From Candidatus Gygaella obscura (GTDB lineage Bacteria > Omnitrophota > Gorgyraeia > Gygaellales > Gygaellaceae), in the NCBI GenBank assembly GCA_030765485.1, contig JAVCCR010000012.1:43679-107678 (forward strand): DNA of 64,000 nucleotides, written 5' to 3'. A program made the translations under genes and the position numbers. The notes beneath the pieces are model-generated. The model worked only from the letters and a program-made list of their open reading frames with translations, was not told where the DNA came from and made no database searches. Below are positions 40,545 through 49,740 of this stretch, in pieces (position 1 is the first letter of the stretch; each line of letters opens with the position of its first letter).

Positions 40545-42392
40545 ATGTTTTTAGAACAAATCAAGACAGCTGGGGATGTTAAAAAGCTGGATATAGAGCA
40601 GCTTAAAAAACTAGCCGAAGAGATTAGAAAAGAGATCATTCGGGTTGTTTCTATTAACGGAGGGCATCCCGCCTCTAGTTTAGGCGCAGTGGAGATTATA
40701 ATTGCTTTGCATTTTTGTCTTGATCTGGAGCTGGATAAACTGATTTTTGATGTCGGCCATCAGGCCTATGCCCATAAGTTGCTTACACCTAGAGAAAAGG
40801 AATTTTCAACGCTTCGAAAGTATGGGGGTTTAAGCGGATTCCCTACTAAAGGTGAGTCAAAATACGATATTTTTACTGTAGGACATAGTTCTAACGCGGT
40901 GTCTCTGGCCTCAGGTTTAGCCTGTAAGGACTATAAGACCGTTGCCCTTATCGGTGATGGTTCCTTAAGTGGAGGTTTGTGTTTTGAGGGTTTAAACAAC
41001 GCAGGACATTTGAAGAAGAATATGCTTGTAGTATTAAATACAAACGAAATGAGCATTTCTCCGGTTGTAGGGTCTTTAAGTACGTATCTTAATAAAATTA
41101 TTTCCACTCCTTTATACAATAGATTTAGACAAAGTCTGGATAATTTTATAAAAGAGAAAATCCCCCGTATTGGTCCTAGAATGCTGAGTCTTAAAGAGCG
41201 TTTTGAGGAAAGCTTCAAAAATCTGCTTGTACCTGGTGTATTTTTTGAAGAAATGGGTTTTCGTTATTTTGGCCCTTTGGATGGGCACAATCTGGATGTT
41301 TTGATCAGGACAATAAAAAATATTCTACCTATGGATAAACCGGTTCTGCTACACGTTGTTACTAAAAAAGGCAAAGGTTATGTGCCTGCGCAGACGCATC
41401 CGGAGAAGTTTCATAGTGCTTCTAATTTTGATATACAAACCGGAAGATCTTTAAAAGAAAAAAAAGATTCTTATACAAAAGTATTTAGTAGAAAGATTAT
41501 GCAGCTTGCTTCGAGTAATAAAAAAATAGTGGCGATTACTGCAGCTATGCCTGAAGGTACAGGTCTGGATAAATTTAAGGAACGATTCCCAGATAGGTTT
41601 TTTGATGTTGGTATTGCCGAACAGCACGCAGTGTCTTTTGCTGCTGGGCTTGCCCAAAGGGGGCTAAGACCTGTTGTGGCGATTTATTCCACATTTTTAC
41701 AAAGGGCATATGATCAGTTGATGACTGATGCAGCCTTGCAGGAACTACCGATTGTATTTGCTATTGATAGGGCCGGTATTGTCGGTCAAGACGGCGTTAC
41801 CCATCAAGGGATATTCGACATTTGTTATTTAAGAAGTATTCCTAATATGGTTTTAATGGCTCCAAAAGATGCCTATGAGTTTGAAAAAATGGTTGAGTTT
41901 GCTTTTTTGTATGATAAAGGTCCAGTTGCCATTCGTTACCCCAGAGACGAAGCCTTATATATGAATGTAGATAATGAGAAAATAGAATTAGGTGTTCCGG
42001 AAGTGATAAGTTCGGATAAGAAAGTTGTTATCTTTGCAATCGGAACTATGGTAAAATTAGCAGTACAGACGCAGGAACTATTAAAGGAGCAAGGAATCAA
42101 GATAGGTGTTGTAAATGCGCGCTTTGTAAAGCCGCTGGATAAAAATAAATTAAACAGTATATGTCAAGATGCCCAGTATATTTTTAGTATAGAAGAAGGG
42201 GCGTTAGATGCGGGGTTTGGAAGTTGTCTTCAAGAGGCGTTAGGCAAAAGTGTAATTCGCTTTGGTCTGCCTTGTGAGTTTATTACTCACGGTACAAGAA
42301 AAGAGCTGTTGAGAAAATATGGTTTGGATGCTAGTTTAATTGCTGAGAAAATCACAAAAATAATAAAAGATGGCAAAGATAAAGATAAATAA
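40545..42392 (+). CDS. dxs: 1-deoxy-D-xylulose-5-phosphate synthase
   Basis: TPP-binding GDGSLSGG, transketolase-like domains. 615 aa. Confidence 0.97.
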   Translation: MFLEQIKTAGDVKKLDIEQLKKLAEEIRKEIIRVVSINGGHPASSLGAVEIIIALHFCLDLELDKLIFDVGHQAYAHKLLTPREKEFSTLRKYGGLSGFPTKGESKYDIFTVGHSSNAVSLASGLACKDYKTVALIGDGSLSGGLCFEGLNNAGHLKKNMLVVLNTNEMSISPVVGSLSTYLNKIISTPLYNRFRQSLDNFIKEKIPRIGPRMLSLKERFEESFKNLLVPGVFFEEMGFRYFGPLDGHNLDVLIRTIKNILPMDKPVLLHVVTKKGKGYVPAQTHPEKFHSASNFDIQTGRSLKEKKDSYTKVFSRKIMQLASSNKKIVAITAAMPEGTGLDKFKERFPDRFFDVGIAEQHAVSFAAGLAQRGLRPVVAIYSTFLQRAYDQLMTDAALQELPIVFAIDRAGIVGQDGVTHQGIFDICYLRSIPNMVLMAPKDAYEFEKMVEFAFLYDKGPVAIRYPRDEALYMNVDNEKIELGVPEVISSDKKVVIFAIGTMVKLAVQTQELLKEQGIKIGVVNARFVKPLDKNKLNSICQDAQYIFSIEEGALDAGFGSCLQEALGKSVIRFGLPCEFITHGTRKELLRKYGLDASLIAEKITKIIKDGKDKDK

Positions 42393-42579
42393 CGAGCTGT
42401 GTAAAGGATGTGGTTTATGCGTGTTGTATTGTCCTAAAGGGCTTATCCGTCGCAGCAATAAACTCAACAAAAAAGGTTACAGGTATGCTGAGTTTAAAAA
42501 ACAAAAAGGCATAGATTGTGTGGGGTGCATGTTCTGTGCTATTATGTGCCCGGAATCAGCAATAGAGATTTTTAAATAA
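42370..42579 (+). CDS. 2-oxoacid:ferredoxin oxidoreductase delta subunit (2x[4Fe-4S] ferredoxin)
   Basis: CKGCGLCVLYCP and CVGCMFCAIMCP. Confidence 0.8.
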   Translation: MAKIKINNELCKGCGLCVLYCPKGLIRRSNKLNKKGYRYAEFKKQKGIDCVGCMFCAIMCPESAIEIFK

Positions 42580-43631
42580 TGAAAACACAAAAAAAGCTTT
42601 CATCAGGTAATGAAGCAGTTGTGCAGGCAGCTATTTATGCAGAGTGTAAATTTTATGCAGGTTACCCTATAACTCCGCAGAATGAGATTCCTGCTTTGAT
42701 GTCTAAGCGTATTGGTTTAATTGGCGGAGTTTTTATTCAGGCAGAGTCAGAGTTGGCGGCAATCAATATGGTCTTTGGCGCTTCTGCTGCAGGCGCAAGG
42801 GCAATGACCACTTCATCCAGCCCGGGGATAAGTCTTAAGCAGGAAGGCATATCTTATATTGCTGGGGCGCAGCTTCCGGCTGTAATAGTAAATATGGTAA
42901 GAGGCGGTCCAGGTTTGGGTAATATTGCACCGTCTCAATCGGATTATTTTCAGGCAACAAAAGGCGGTGGACATGGTGATTATCATTTGATTGTTCTATC
43001 CCCGGCAAGCATACAGGAAACATTTCATTTAACTGTTGAGGCATTTGATCTAGCAGATAAATATAGAAATCCGGTTATGATTTTAGGGGATGGTCTTTTG
43101 GCTCAGATGATCGAGCAGATTATTTTGCCTAAACAAAAAATAAAAATACCTGTACGGAAGAAAACTTGGGCTTTGACTGGTGCAAAAAACCGCGATCCTA
43201 ATATCATCAGGACGTTATTTTTAAAAGAGGGTGCTTTAGAAGAACATAATTTAGTCCTGCAGGAAAAGTATAAATTGATTGGAAAAAATGAAATCAGATT
43301 TGAAGAATATTTAACTAAGGATGCAGATATATTGCTTGTTGCCTATGGCACAATGGCGCGTATTGTAAAAGGGGCAGTAGATTCCTTAAGGGCCCAAGGC
43401 ATAAAAGCAGGTTTATTCAGGCCGATTTCGCTTTGGCCTTTTCCTTATGCGGTTTTAAAAACATTATCAAAGAATAAAGAAAAACTTTTGGTTGTGGAGA
43501 TGTCTTACGGCCAGATGGTAGAAGACGTAAGACTTTCAGTTGAGGGCAGCGTAAAGGTTGATTTTTTTGGTCGCGCCGGCGGAGGAGTTCCTAAGGAAGA
43601 GGCGATCATTAAAAAGGTAAAGGCGTTATGA
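42579..43631 (+). CDS. 2-oxoacid (pyruvate/2-oxoglutarate):ferredoxin oxidoreductase alpha subunit
   Basis: 350 aa. Transketolase-Pyr-like N-domain. Genes overlap by 1-4 nt in delta-alpha-beta-gamma order. Confidence 0.88.
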   Translation: MKTQKKLSSGNEAVVQAAIYAECKFYAGYPITPQNEIPALMSKRIGLIGGVFIQAESELAAINMVFGASAAGARAMTTSSSPGISLKQEGISYIAGAQLPAVIVNMVRGGPGLGNIAPSQSDYFQATKGGGHGDYHLIVLSPASIQETFHLTVEAFDLADKYRNPVMILGDGLLAQMIEQIILPKQKIKIPVRKKTWALTGAKNRDPNIIRTLFLKEGALEEHNLVLQEKYKLIGKNEIRFEEYLTKDADILLVAYGTMARIVKGAVDSLRAQGIKAGLFRPISLWPFPYAVLKTLSKNKEKLLVVEMSYGQMVEDVRLSVEGSVKVDFFGRAGGGVPKEEAIIKKVKAL

Positions 43632-44359
43632 AAAAAATATTTTCTTTTCCCAAAGCACTCAAAAAAGTTCCTAATCATTATTGTCCTGGTTGCGGACACG
43701 GTCTTGTGCACCGTTTGGTTGCTGAGGTGATTGATGAACTTAATATAAGAGAAAAGATTGTGGCAGTTGCTCCTGTAGGGTGTGCGGTTATAGCATATGA
43801 TTATTGGGATTTTGATTGCAGCGAGGCAGCACACGGAAGGGCTTTAGCAGTTGCAACAGGTATAAAACGCGTTCAGCCGGATAAAATAGTTTTTACTTAC
43901 CAAGGTGACGGTGATTTAGCAGCGATTGGTATAGCAGAGACTCTTTATGCAGCCAATCGGGGAGAGAATCTCACAACGATTTTTATCAATAATGCAGTTT
44001 ACGGTATGACCGGAGGCCAGATGGCGCCAACGACTGTGTTAAAGCAAAAAACTACAACTACTCCTTTAGGACGTGGTAATAATAGTGAAGGTTCTCCGTT
44101 AAAGGTCTCGGAAATTCTAGCAAGCCTTGATGGGGTTTGTTTTGTGGAGCGGAATGCGGTTTGTTCTCCAGCGCAGGTCTTAAGGACGAAAAAAGCCATA
44201 AAGAAGGCTTTCGAAAATCAGCTTTCAGGTAAAGGGTTTTCTTTTGTCGAGGTTTTGTCCATGTGCCCGATATGTTGGGGTAAAAGCGCAGAGGATTCGG
44301 TAAAGTGGGTAGAAGAAGAAATGGTGAAAAGTTTTCCTTTAGGCAGGATAAAAGGATGA
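43628..44359 (+). CDS. 2-oxoacid:ferredoxin oxidoreductase beta subunit (TPP-binding)
   Basis: CPGCGHG...YQGDGD...GMTGGQ TPP/[4Fe-4S]-proximal motifs. Confidence 0.88.
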   Translation: MKKIFSFPKALKKVPNHYCPGCGHGLVHRLVAEVIDELNIREKIVAVAPVGCAVIAYDYWDFDCSEAAHGRALAVATGIKRVQPDKIVFTYQGDGDLAAIGIAETLYAANRGENLTTIFINNAVYGMTGGQMAPTTVLKQKTTTTPLGRGNNSEGSPLKVSEILASLDGVCFVERNAVCSPAQVLRTKKAIKKAFENQLSGKGFSFVEVLSMCPICWGKSAEDSVKWVEEEMVKSFPLGRIKG

Positions 44360-44892
44360 GTGTAAAAAAAATAATCATAGCCGGTTTTGGCGGCCAAGGC
44401 ATAATTTTTACAGGCAGGGTAATTAGTACTGCCGCACTTATTGAAAACAAACACGTGAGCATGATCCCCTGTTATGGCGCGGAGATGCGCGGAGGTACGG
44501 CTTATTGTGTTGTTAGTATATCAGATAGCCAGATTAACTCTCTATATGCTGATTATGTTGATTACATGATGATTATGAATGAGCCGTCTTTGATTAGATT
44601 TATTAAAAGAGCTGCAAAAAAGGCAGTGGTTGTAGCTAACAGTTCTTTGATAAAAAATAAAATTAAAAGCAAAAATGCTAAAATTGTCTATAAACCGTTT
44701 AGCGAGCTTGCTGCCATTCAGGGTAGGGTAAAAGTAGCGAACATGTTTGCCTTGGGAGTATTAATAAAATGTACTGGTATTGTGAAAGTTAAAAGCGTTT
44801 TAAATGCTTTGCAGGAGCTTAGCAAGAACGAAGAAAGTTTTAATTTAAATAGGTTATCTTTGAATAAAGGAATAAAGTTAATAAAGGCTTAA
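44356..44892 (+). CDS. 2-oxoacid:ferredoxin oxidoreductase gamma subunit (start probably MSVKK at 44356)
   Basis: IIIAGFGGQGIIFTG gamma-subunit Rossmann-like motif. Confidence 0.8.
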   Translation: MSVKKIIIAGFGGQGIIFTGRVISTAALIENKHVSMIPCYGAEMRGGTAYCVVSISDSQINSLYADYVDYMMIMNEPSLIRFIKRAAKKAVVVANSSLIKNKIKSKNAKIVYKPFSELAAIQGRVKVANMFALGVLIKCTGIVKVKSVLNALQELSKNEESFNLNRLSLNKGIKLIKA

Positions 44893-44894
44893 TT

Positions 44895-46178
44895 ATGATA
44901 AGAGTGAGATTTGCACCCAGCCCAACGGGAAATTTACATATAGGAGGAGCAAGGACAGCCTTGTTCAACTGGCTATTTGCTCGTTCTAAAGGTGCAGAAT
45001 TTATTCTGCGCATAGAGGATACAGATATTAAGCGTTCGCAGAAAGAATATATCGATGAGATTTTAAATAGTCTTAAGTGGCTGGGTCTGGACTGGGATGA
45101 TATTTACTATCAGAGTAAAAACTTTGATAAATATACTGAGTTTGCACAAAAACTAGTTAAAGAAAACAAGGCCTATAAAGAAGAAGGGGCAATAATTTTT
45201 AATGTTTTATCAAAAAAGATAAGAATAAAAGACTTGGTTCATGGGGATATTGAATTTGATGCAGGCATTTTAAAACCGCAGGTTTTGATAAAAGCCGACG
45301 GCAGTCCTACTTATAATTTTGCCTGTGTGGTTGATGATGCGACTCAGGAGATTACCCATATCATTAGAGGAGACGATCATATTTCTAATACTCCAAAACA
45401 GATTTTGTTTTATGAAGCGCTTGGGTTTAGCATACCTGTATTTGCGCATCTGCCTTTGATTCTTGCTACCGAAGGCGGTAGGATGTCTAAAAGAAAAGGC
45501 GCGACTTCAATAAGCGAGTATAAGGCCTTAGGCTATTTGCCTCAGGCGTTGGTGAATTATTTGTTGCTATTGGGATGGTCTCCGGGAGAGAATCAGGAGA
45601 TAATAACGTTTGAGCAGGCCATAAAAAAGTTTAATATTGAAAAGGCCAATAAAACCGCAGCTGCTTTTGATATTAATAAGCTTGATTGGATAAACGCAGA
45701 GTATATAAAAAATACTTCCTTAGACAATTTGTTGAATATGTTAAACCCTTTTTTAAATCAAAGGAATTATGAAATTAAAAATTTTGATAGACAATACCTG
45801 TTGAATTTAATAAAATTATATCAAGGTCGCATATCGAAATTGATTGATTTTGTGGATTGGGCTGATTTTTTCTTTAAAAAGGATTTAGTTATTCCTGATG
45901 AGTTAAAGAAAAAACATTTCAGCAAAGACCTGAAAAAAGAGTTTGCTCTTTTAGTTGATAGGATAAGCGCCTTAGATAGTTTTACCATTGAAAGTATTGA
46001 AGAGTCTTTTAGGGCTCTTGTAAAAGAACTGGGGATAAAGACAAAAGAATTGGTTCATCCGGTAAGAGTGGCTCTTACAGGTAAAGAGATAGGCCCAGGT
46101 CTTTTTGAGACAATGTTTTACTTAGGTAAAGAAAAATTATTAAATAGATTAAACAGTATTGCTCAGGTACAAAAATAA
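44895..46178 (+). CDS. gltX: Glutamyl-tRNA synthetase (compact, 427 aa)
   Basis: RFAPSPTGNLHIGGARTALFNW (HIGH) and MSKRKG (KMSKS-like). Confidence 0.95.
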   Translation: MIRVRFAPSPTGNLHIGGARTALFNWLFARSKGAEFILRIEDTDIKRSQKEYIDEILNSLKWLGLDWDDIYYQSKNFDKYTEFAQKLVKENKAYKEEGAIIFNVLSKKIRIKDLVHGDIEFDAGILKPQVLIKADGSPTYNFACVVDDATQEITHIIRGDDHISNTPKQILFYEALGFSIPVFAHLPLILATEGGRMSKRKGATSISEYKALGYLPQALVNYLLLLGWSPGENQEIITFEQAIKKFNIEKANKTAAAFDINKLDWINAEYIKNTSLDNLLNMLNPFLNQRNYEIKNFDRQYLLNLIKLYQGRISKLIDFVDWADFFFKKDLVIPDELKKKHFSKDLKKEFALLVDRISALDSFTIESIEESFRALVKELGIKTKELVHPVRVALTGKEIGPGLFETMFYLGKEKLLNRLNSIAQVQK

Positions 46179-46187
46179 GGAGGCTGT

Positions 46188-46340
46188 GTGAGAAAAAAGA
46201 GTATTCGCTTTTTGATTTTTTCTTTGTTTTTGGTGAGTTTAGTTAGTCTTTACGGATGCGAGACATGGAAGGGTTTTTGCCGCGATATGGAAAAAGCCCG
46301 AGATTGGGACAAAAAAGTATTTCAGAAAAACTTCTGGTAA
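46188..46340 (+). CDS. Small putative lipoprotein (50 aa, GTG start; not in ORF track)
   Basis: Own translation VRKKSIRFLIFSLFLVSLVSLYGCETWKGFCRDMEKARDWDKKVFQKNFW. Lipobox LYGC. SD GGAGG upstream. Confidence 0.35.
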   Translation: MRKKSIRFLIFSLFLVSLVSLYGCETWKGFCRDMEKARDWDKKVFQKNFW

Positions 46341-46344
46341 ATTT

Positions 46345-46419
46345 TGCCCTGTCGTCTAATTGGTAGGACGCAAGATTCTGGATCTTGTGGTTCTGGTTCG
46401 AGTCCAGACGGGGCAGCCA
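46345..46419 (+). tRNA. tRNA-Gln (CUG) with U1-A72 pair and encoded CCA
   Basis: Acceptor TGCCCTG/CGGGGCA, anticodon stem CAAGA/TCTTG with loop TTCTGGA, T-loop GGTTCGAGTCC. Confidence 0.8.
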
Positions 46420-46428
46420 TATAAGGAA

Positions 46429-46737
46429 ATGTTTATAATCGCAAATTTATTAAAAGCTTTGGCACAGGTAGCGGATATTTTATTAAGTATCTTTTATTGG
46501 CTTATACTAATAAGGGCTTTGATAAGCTGGGTAAATCCCGATCCGCATAATCCAGTAGTGCAGTTTCTTTATAAAACTACAGAACCTGTATTAGAACCGA
46601 TAAGAAGAAAGCTTCCTCTTACCGTAAAGTTTGGTATAGATATTTCCCCGATTATTGCTTTTTTGGCAATTCTCTTTTTAAAATCATTTTTAGTGAGAAC
46701 ACTGGTGGATCTCAGTTTTAAAATCAAAGGTATATAG
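46429..46737 (+). CDS. yggT: YggT-family (Ycf19) integral membrane protein. The ORF-track start at 46360 overlaps the tRNA and is rejected.
   Basis: MFIIANLLKALAQVADILLSIFYWLILIRALISWVNPDPHNP matches the YggT pattern. Confidence 0.7.
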   Translation: MFIIANLLKALAQVADILLSIFYWLILIRALISWVNPDPHNPVVQFLYKTTEPVLEPIRRKLPLTVKFGIDISPIIAFLAILFLKSFLVRTLVDLSFKIKGI

Positions 46738-46751
46738 AAAGGGAGGATAAT

Positions 46752-47747
46752 ATGGAATGGAAGGATGTTCGTCCGGAGGATATTATTGATATAGGTAAAA
46801 AAAAGGTTGCAGACTTGGGGAAATTTATTCCCTTATTGATTTTTGGGCTTTTTGTTCTTGTTGGTTTAGTTAGTGTTGTTTATTCTATTGGTCCTGATGA
46901 AATCGGGGTTATCCAAAGGTTTGGTAAATACACTGGATTAAGTTCACCCGGACTTCATGTCAAATTTCCTTTTGGGGTTGACAAGGTTACACCGATTAAG
47001 GTAAAAAAGATTTTTAAAGAAGAGTTTGGTGTAAGAACACTTCGCCCGGGCATAAAATCAAAATATAGTCCGCTTAGTTTTAGAGATGAATCATTGATGC
47101 TTACTGGAGACCTAAATATCCTTGATGTTCGTTGGATAGTTCAATTTAGGATTAAAGACCCCGAAAAGTTATTGTTTAAAACAAGGAATCCATTAAATAA
47201 CATCAGAGATATGTCTGAAGTTATAATGCGTCGCCTTGTTGGAGATTACAGTGTGGATGAGGTGCTGACTACAAAAAGAGAAGAGATTGATCATATTGCT
47301 CAGGAAGAAATGCAGAAAATCCTTGATAGTTATGAAACAGGTGTCCATATTGTTACGGTAAAGCTTTTGGATGTTAATCCTCCAGAAAGGGTTAAGCCTG
47401 CGTTCAATGAGGTAAATGAAGCCAAGCAGGAAAGGGAGAAGATGATTAATCAGGCCTGGGAGGCATATAACAAGGTTATTCCCAAGGCCAAAGGTACAGC
47501 AGAAAAAACTATCAGAGAGGCTGAAGGTTTTGCTTTGGATAAAATTAATAGGGCTGAAGGCGACTCAGAAAAATTCATACAGATGTTGACCGAATACAAG
47601 AAATCTCCGGAGGTAACGAAAAAGAGGTTTTATCTTGAGGCGCTAAGTGAGGTTTTGCCAAAGGCGAAGGAAAAATATATTATTGATCCCAAGCAATCCT
47701 CTATATTGCCTTTACTTGAAATCGGCACCAAAGGAGGGAAAAAATAA
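46752..47747 (+). CDS. hflK: HflK (SPFH/band-7 protease modulator)
   Basis: N-terminal TM, SPFH domain. Paired with hflC. Confidence 0.85.
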   Translation: MEWKDVRPEDIIDIGKKKVADLGKFIPLLIFGLFVLVGLVSVVYSIGPDEIGVIQRFGKYTGLSSPGLHVKFPFGVDKVTPIKVKKIFKEEFGVRTLRPGIKSKYSPLSFRDESLMLTGDLNILDVRWIVQFRIKDPEKLLFKTRNPLNNIRDMSEVIMRRLVGDYSVDEVLTTKREEIDHIAQEEMQKILDSYETGVHIVTVKLLDVNPPERVKPAFNEVNEAKQEREKMINQAWEAYNKVIPKAKGTAEKTIREAEGFALDKINRAEGDSEKFIQMLTEYKKSPEVTKKRFYLEALSEVLPKAKEKYIIDPKQSSILPLLEIGTKGGKK

Positions 47748-48706
47748 TGAAAGAGACATTACATAAAGTAATTGCGACTACAGTTATTATTGTTATTCTT
47801 ATTGCAGCTTTTTTTATAAGCGGTGCTGTGTTTATTGTCGACGAGACTAAGCAGGTTGTGATAACTCAGTTTGGTAAGCCTGTAGGTGAGCCTATTATTG
47901 CAGCAGGATTACACGTAAAACTTCCTTTTATCCAGCAGGCGCATTATTTTGATAAAAGGCTTTTAGAGTGGGATGGAGACCCCAATCAAATACCTACTAA
48001 GGATAAGAAATATATCTGGGTAGACGTTACGGCGCGCTGGCGCATAACAGATCCTTTAAAATTCTTACAGTCTGTGGGAAATGAAATCGGCGCTCATAGT
48101 AGCATAGATGATATTATTAATTCTGCAACAAGAGATGCGGTTACCGGACATCTTTTAGTAGAAGCGGTTAGGAATTCAAACCGTATATTAGATATCGCTA
48201 CTAAAGAAGGAAGCGATGTTATTTTAGGAGATGAGGCTTTAGAGAGCATAGCAGTTGGTAGAAATGAGATTACCAGGAGTATTTTAGCTAAGTCAAAAGT
48301 GCTTGCACCTCAATACGGAATTGATATTATAGATGTGCGTATTAAGCGTGTTAATTATGTGGAAGCTGTTCGTAATAAAGTTTACGACAGGATGATTGCC
48401 GAACGTAAACGAGCAGCAGAAAATTACCGCTCAGAAGGCCAGGGTAGATCTGCTGAAATAGAAGGCCAGGTTGCTAAGGAGTTAAAACTGATTACTTCGC
48501 AGGCATACCGAGAGGCCCAGATAATAAAAGGTAAGGCAGAGGCTGAGGGTACAAAGATATATGCTCAAGCTTATGCTAAGGATCCTGATTTCTATTCTTT
48601 TTTAAGGACGCTTGAGTCATATAAGGATACGATTGATGAAAATTCAACGCTTATTCTTACTACCGACTGCGAGTATTATAAATATCTCGAAAGTTTAAAT
48701 AATTAG
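47747..48706 (+). CDS. hflC: HflC (SPFH/band-7 protease modulator)
   Basis: N-terminal TM, SPFH domain. ATGA start/stop overlap with hflK. Confidence 0.85.
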   Translation: MKETLHKVIATTVIIVILIAAFFISGAVFIVDETKQVVITQFGKPVGEPIIAAGLHVKLPFIQQAHYFDKRLLEWDGDPNQIPTKDKKYIWVDVTARWRITDPLKFLQSVGNEIGAHSSIDDIINSATRDAVTGHLLVEAVRNSNRILDIATKEGSDVILGDEALESIAVGRNEITRSILAKSKVLAPQYGIDIIDVRIKRVNYVEAVRNKVYDRMIAERKRAAENYRSEGQGRSAEIEGQVAKELKLITSQAYREAQIIKGKAEAEGTKIYAQAYAKDPDFYSFLRTLESYKDTIDENSTLILTTDCEYYKYLESLNN

Positions 48707-48710
48707 TTTT

Positions 48711-48795
48711 GCGCAGGTGGCGGAATTGGTATACGCGCACGTTTGAGGGGCGTGTGGGGTAACCCGTGTGGGTTCAAGTCCCACTCTGCGCACCA
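48711..48795 (+). tRNA. tRNA-Leu (GAG), class II, with encoded CCA
   Basis: Acceptor GCGCAGG/TCTGCGC, anticodon stem CACGT/GCGTG with loop TTGAGGG, long variable arm GGGGTAACCCG, T-loop GGTTCAAGTCC. Confidence 0.78.
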
Positions 48796-48810
48796 AATTA
48801 GGGTTTGAAG

Positions 48811-49740
48811 TTATTGAGCTCTTTTATCAAGTACGTAGTTGCTTTTCCCCACCTTTTTAGCCGCACTTTTTAGTTCTGCGCCGATTTCACCGACTTGAGC
48901 AACATGGGTTATTTTGCGGGATTCATTGGTTACAACGCCGATAGATATTGACATCAACGGCGTTTGTTGTGGATTGCCTTGTCTGTCTTTAGCAGTGATA
49001 AAGCCTTTAGAGCGGTCTTCTTCGTTGTAGAAACCTAAAATTGCGCTATCAAATTCTTTTATGATTTCAGAACATAAAGCTTCTATTCTTTCCGGGATGG
49101 TGGTTACTACAAAGTCATCTCCTCCGATATGACCGATAAAATCATCATTTGCGCCGCATTTGGCAACGCTTGCAATGATTACTTGAGCAGTTTCTTTTAT
49201 GACGTCATCTCCGTGTTCAAATCCGTATTTATCATTGTAGCTTTTGAATTTATCCAAGTCGATATAGCAGACGCCAAAAGGCTTATCTGAATTTATGCGG
49301 TTTTGCAGTTCTGACATAATAGAGATATTGCCCGGAAGTTTGCTTAGGGGATTTGCGTCCAAATCTCTTTGCATGCGAGAGATGATCATTTTTATCCTGG
49401 CAATAAGCTCTTTGGGGACAAAAGGTTTTGTGATGTAGTCATCTGCCCCGGCCTCCAATCCCCTTACTTTATCGTCAATATCGCTTTTGCCAGTCAAGAG
49501 CACAACAGGCATATGCTGCATTAAAAGATCTTTTTTAATTACCTGGCAAAGATCCTTGCCGTTCATCTTCGGCATGGAATAATCCAATATTACCATATCC
49601 GGGTTCTGTTTTTGGATTTCTCGTAAGGCCTCTTCTCCGTCGCAGGTTTCAATCACCTGGTAGCCTTCTTTAGTAAGCACGATTTTTATAATATCACGAA
49701 TGTCCGGTTCATCGTCTGCTATAAGTATTTTTATGCTCAT
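48811..49740 (-). CDS. Response regulator with REC domain fused to a GGDEF-type diguanylate cyclase domain (signature variant GGDDF)
   Basis: IADDEPDIRDII...MVILDYSMP (REC, phospho-Asp). FGVCYIDLDKFKSYNDKYGFEHGDDV...HIGGDDFVV (GGDEF domain). Confidence 0.8.
   Translation of the reverse strand: MSIKILIADDEPDIRDIIKIVLTKEGYQVIETCDGEEALREIQKQNPDMVILDYSMPKMNGKDLCQVIKKDLLMQHMPVVLLTGKSDIDDKVRGLEAGADDYITKPFVPKELIARIKMIISRMQRDLDANPLSKLPGNISIMSELQNRINSDKPFGVCYIDLDKFKSYNDKYGFEHGDDVIKETAQVIIASVAKCGANDDFIGHIGGDDFVVTTIPERIEALCSEIIKEFDSAILGFYNEEDRSKGFITAKDRQGNPQQTPLMSISIGVVTNESRKITHVAQVGEIGAELKSAAKKVGKSNYVLDKRAQ

Noticed and set aside
40322-40545. Expected ispA between xseB and dxs
   Set aside because: It is not present. 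The xseB stop and the dxs start are 1 nt apart. This was noted only as a synteny difference, not treated as a feature.
46360-46428. 5' extension of the YggT ORF (MVGRKILDLVVLVRVQTGQPYKE)
   Set aside because: It overlaps the tRNA-Gln gene. It is simply the tRNA sequence read in-frame.
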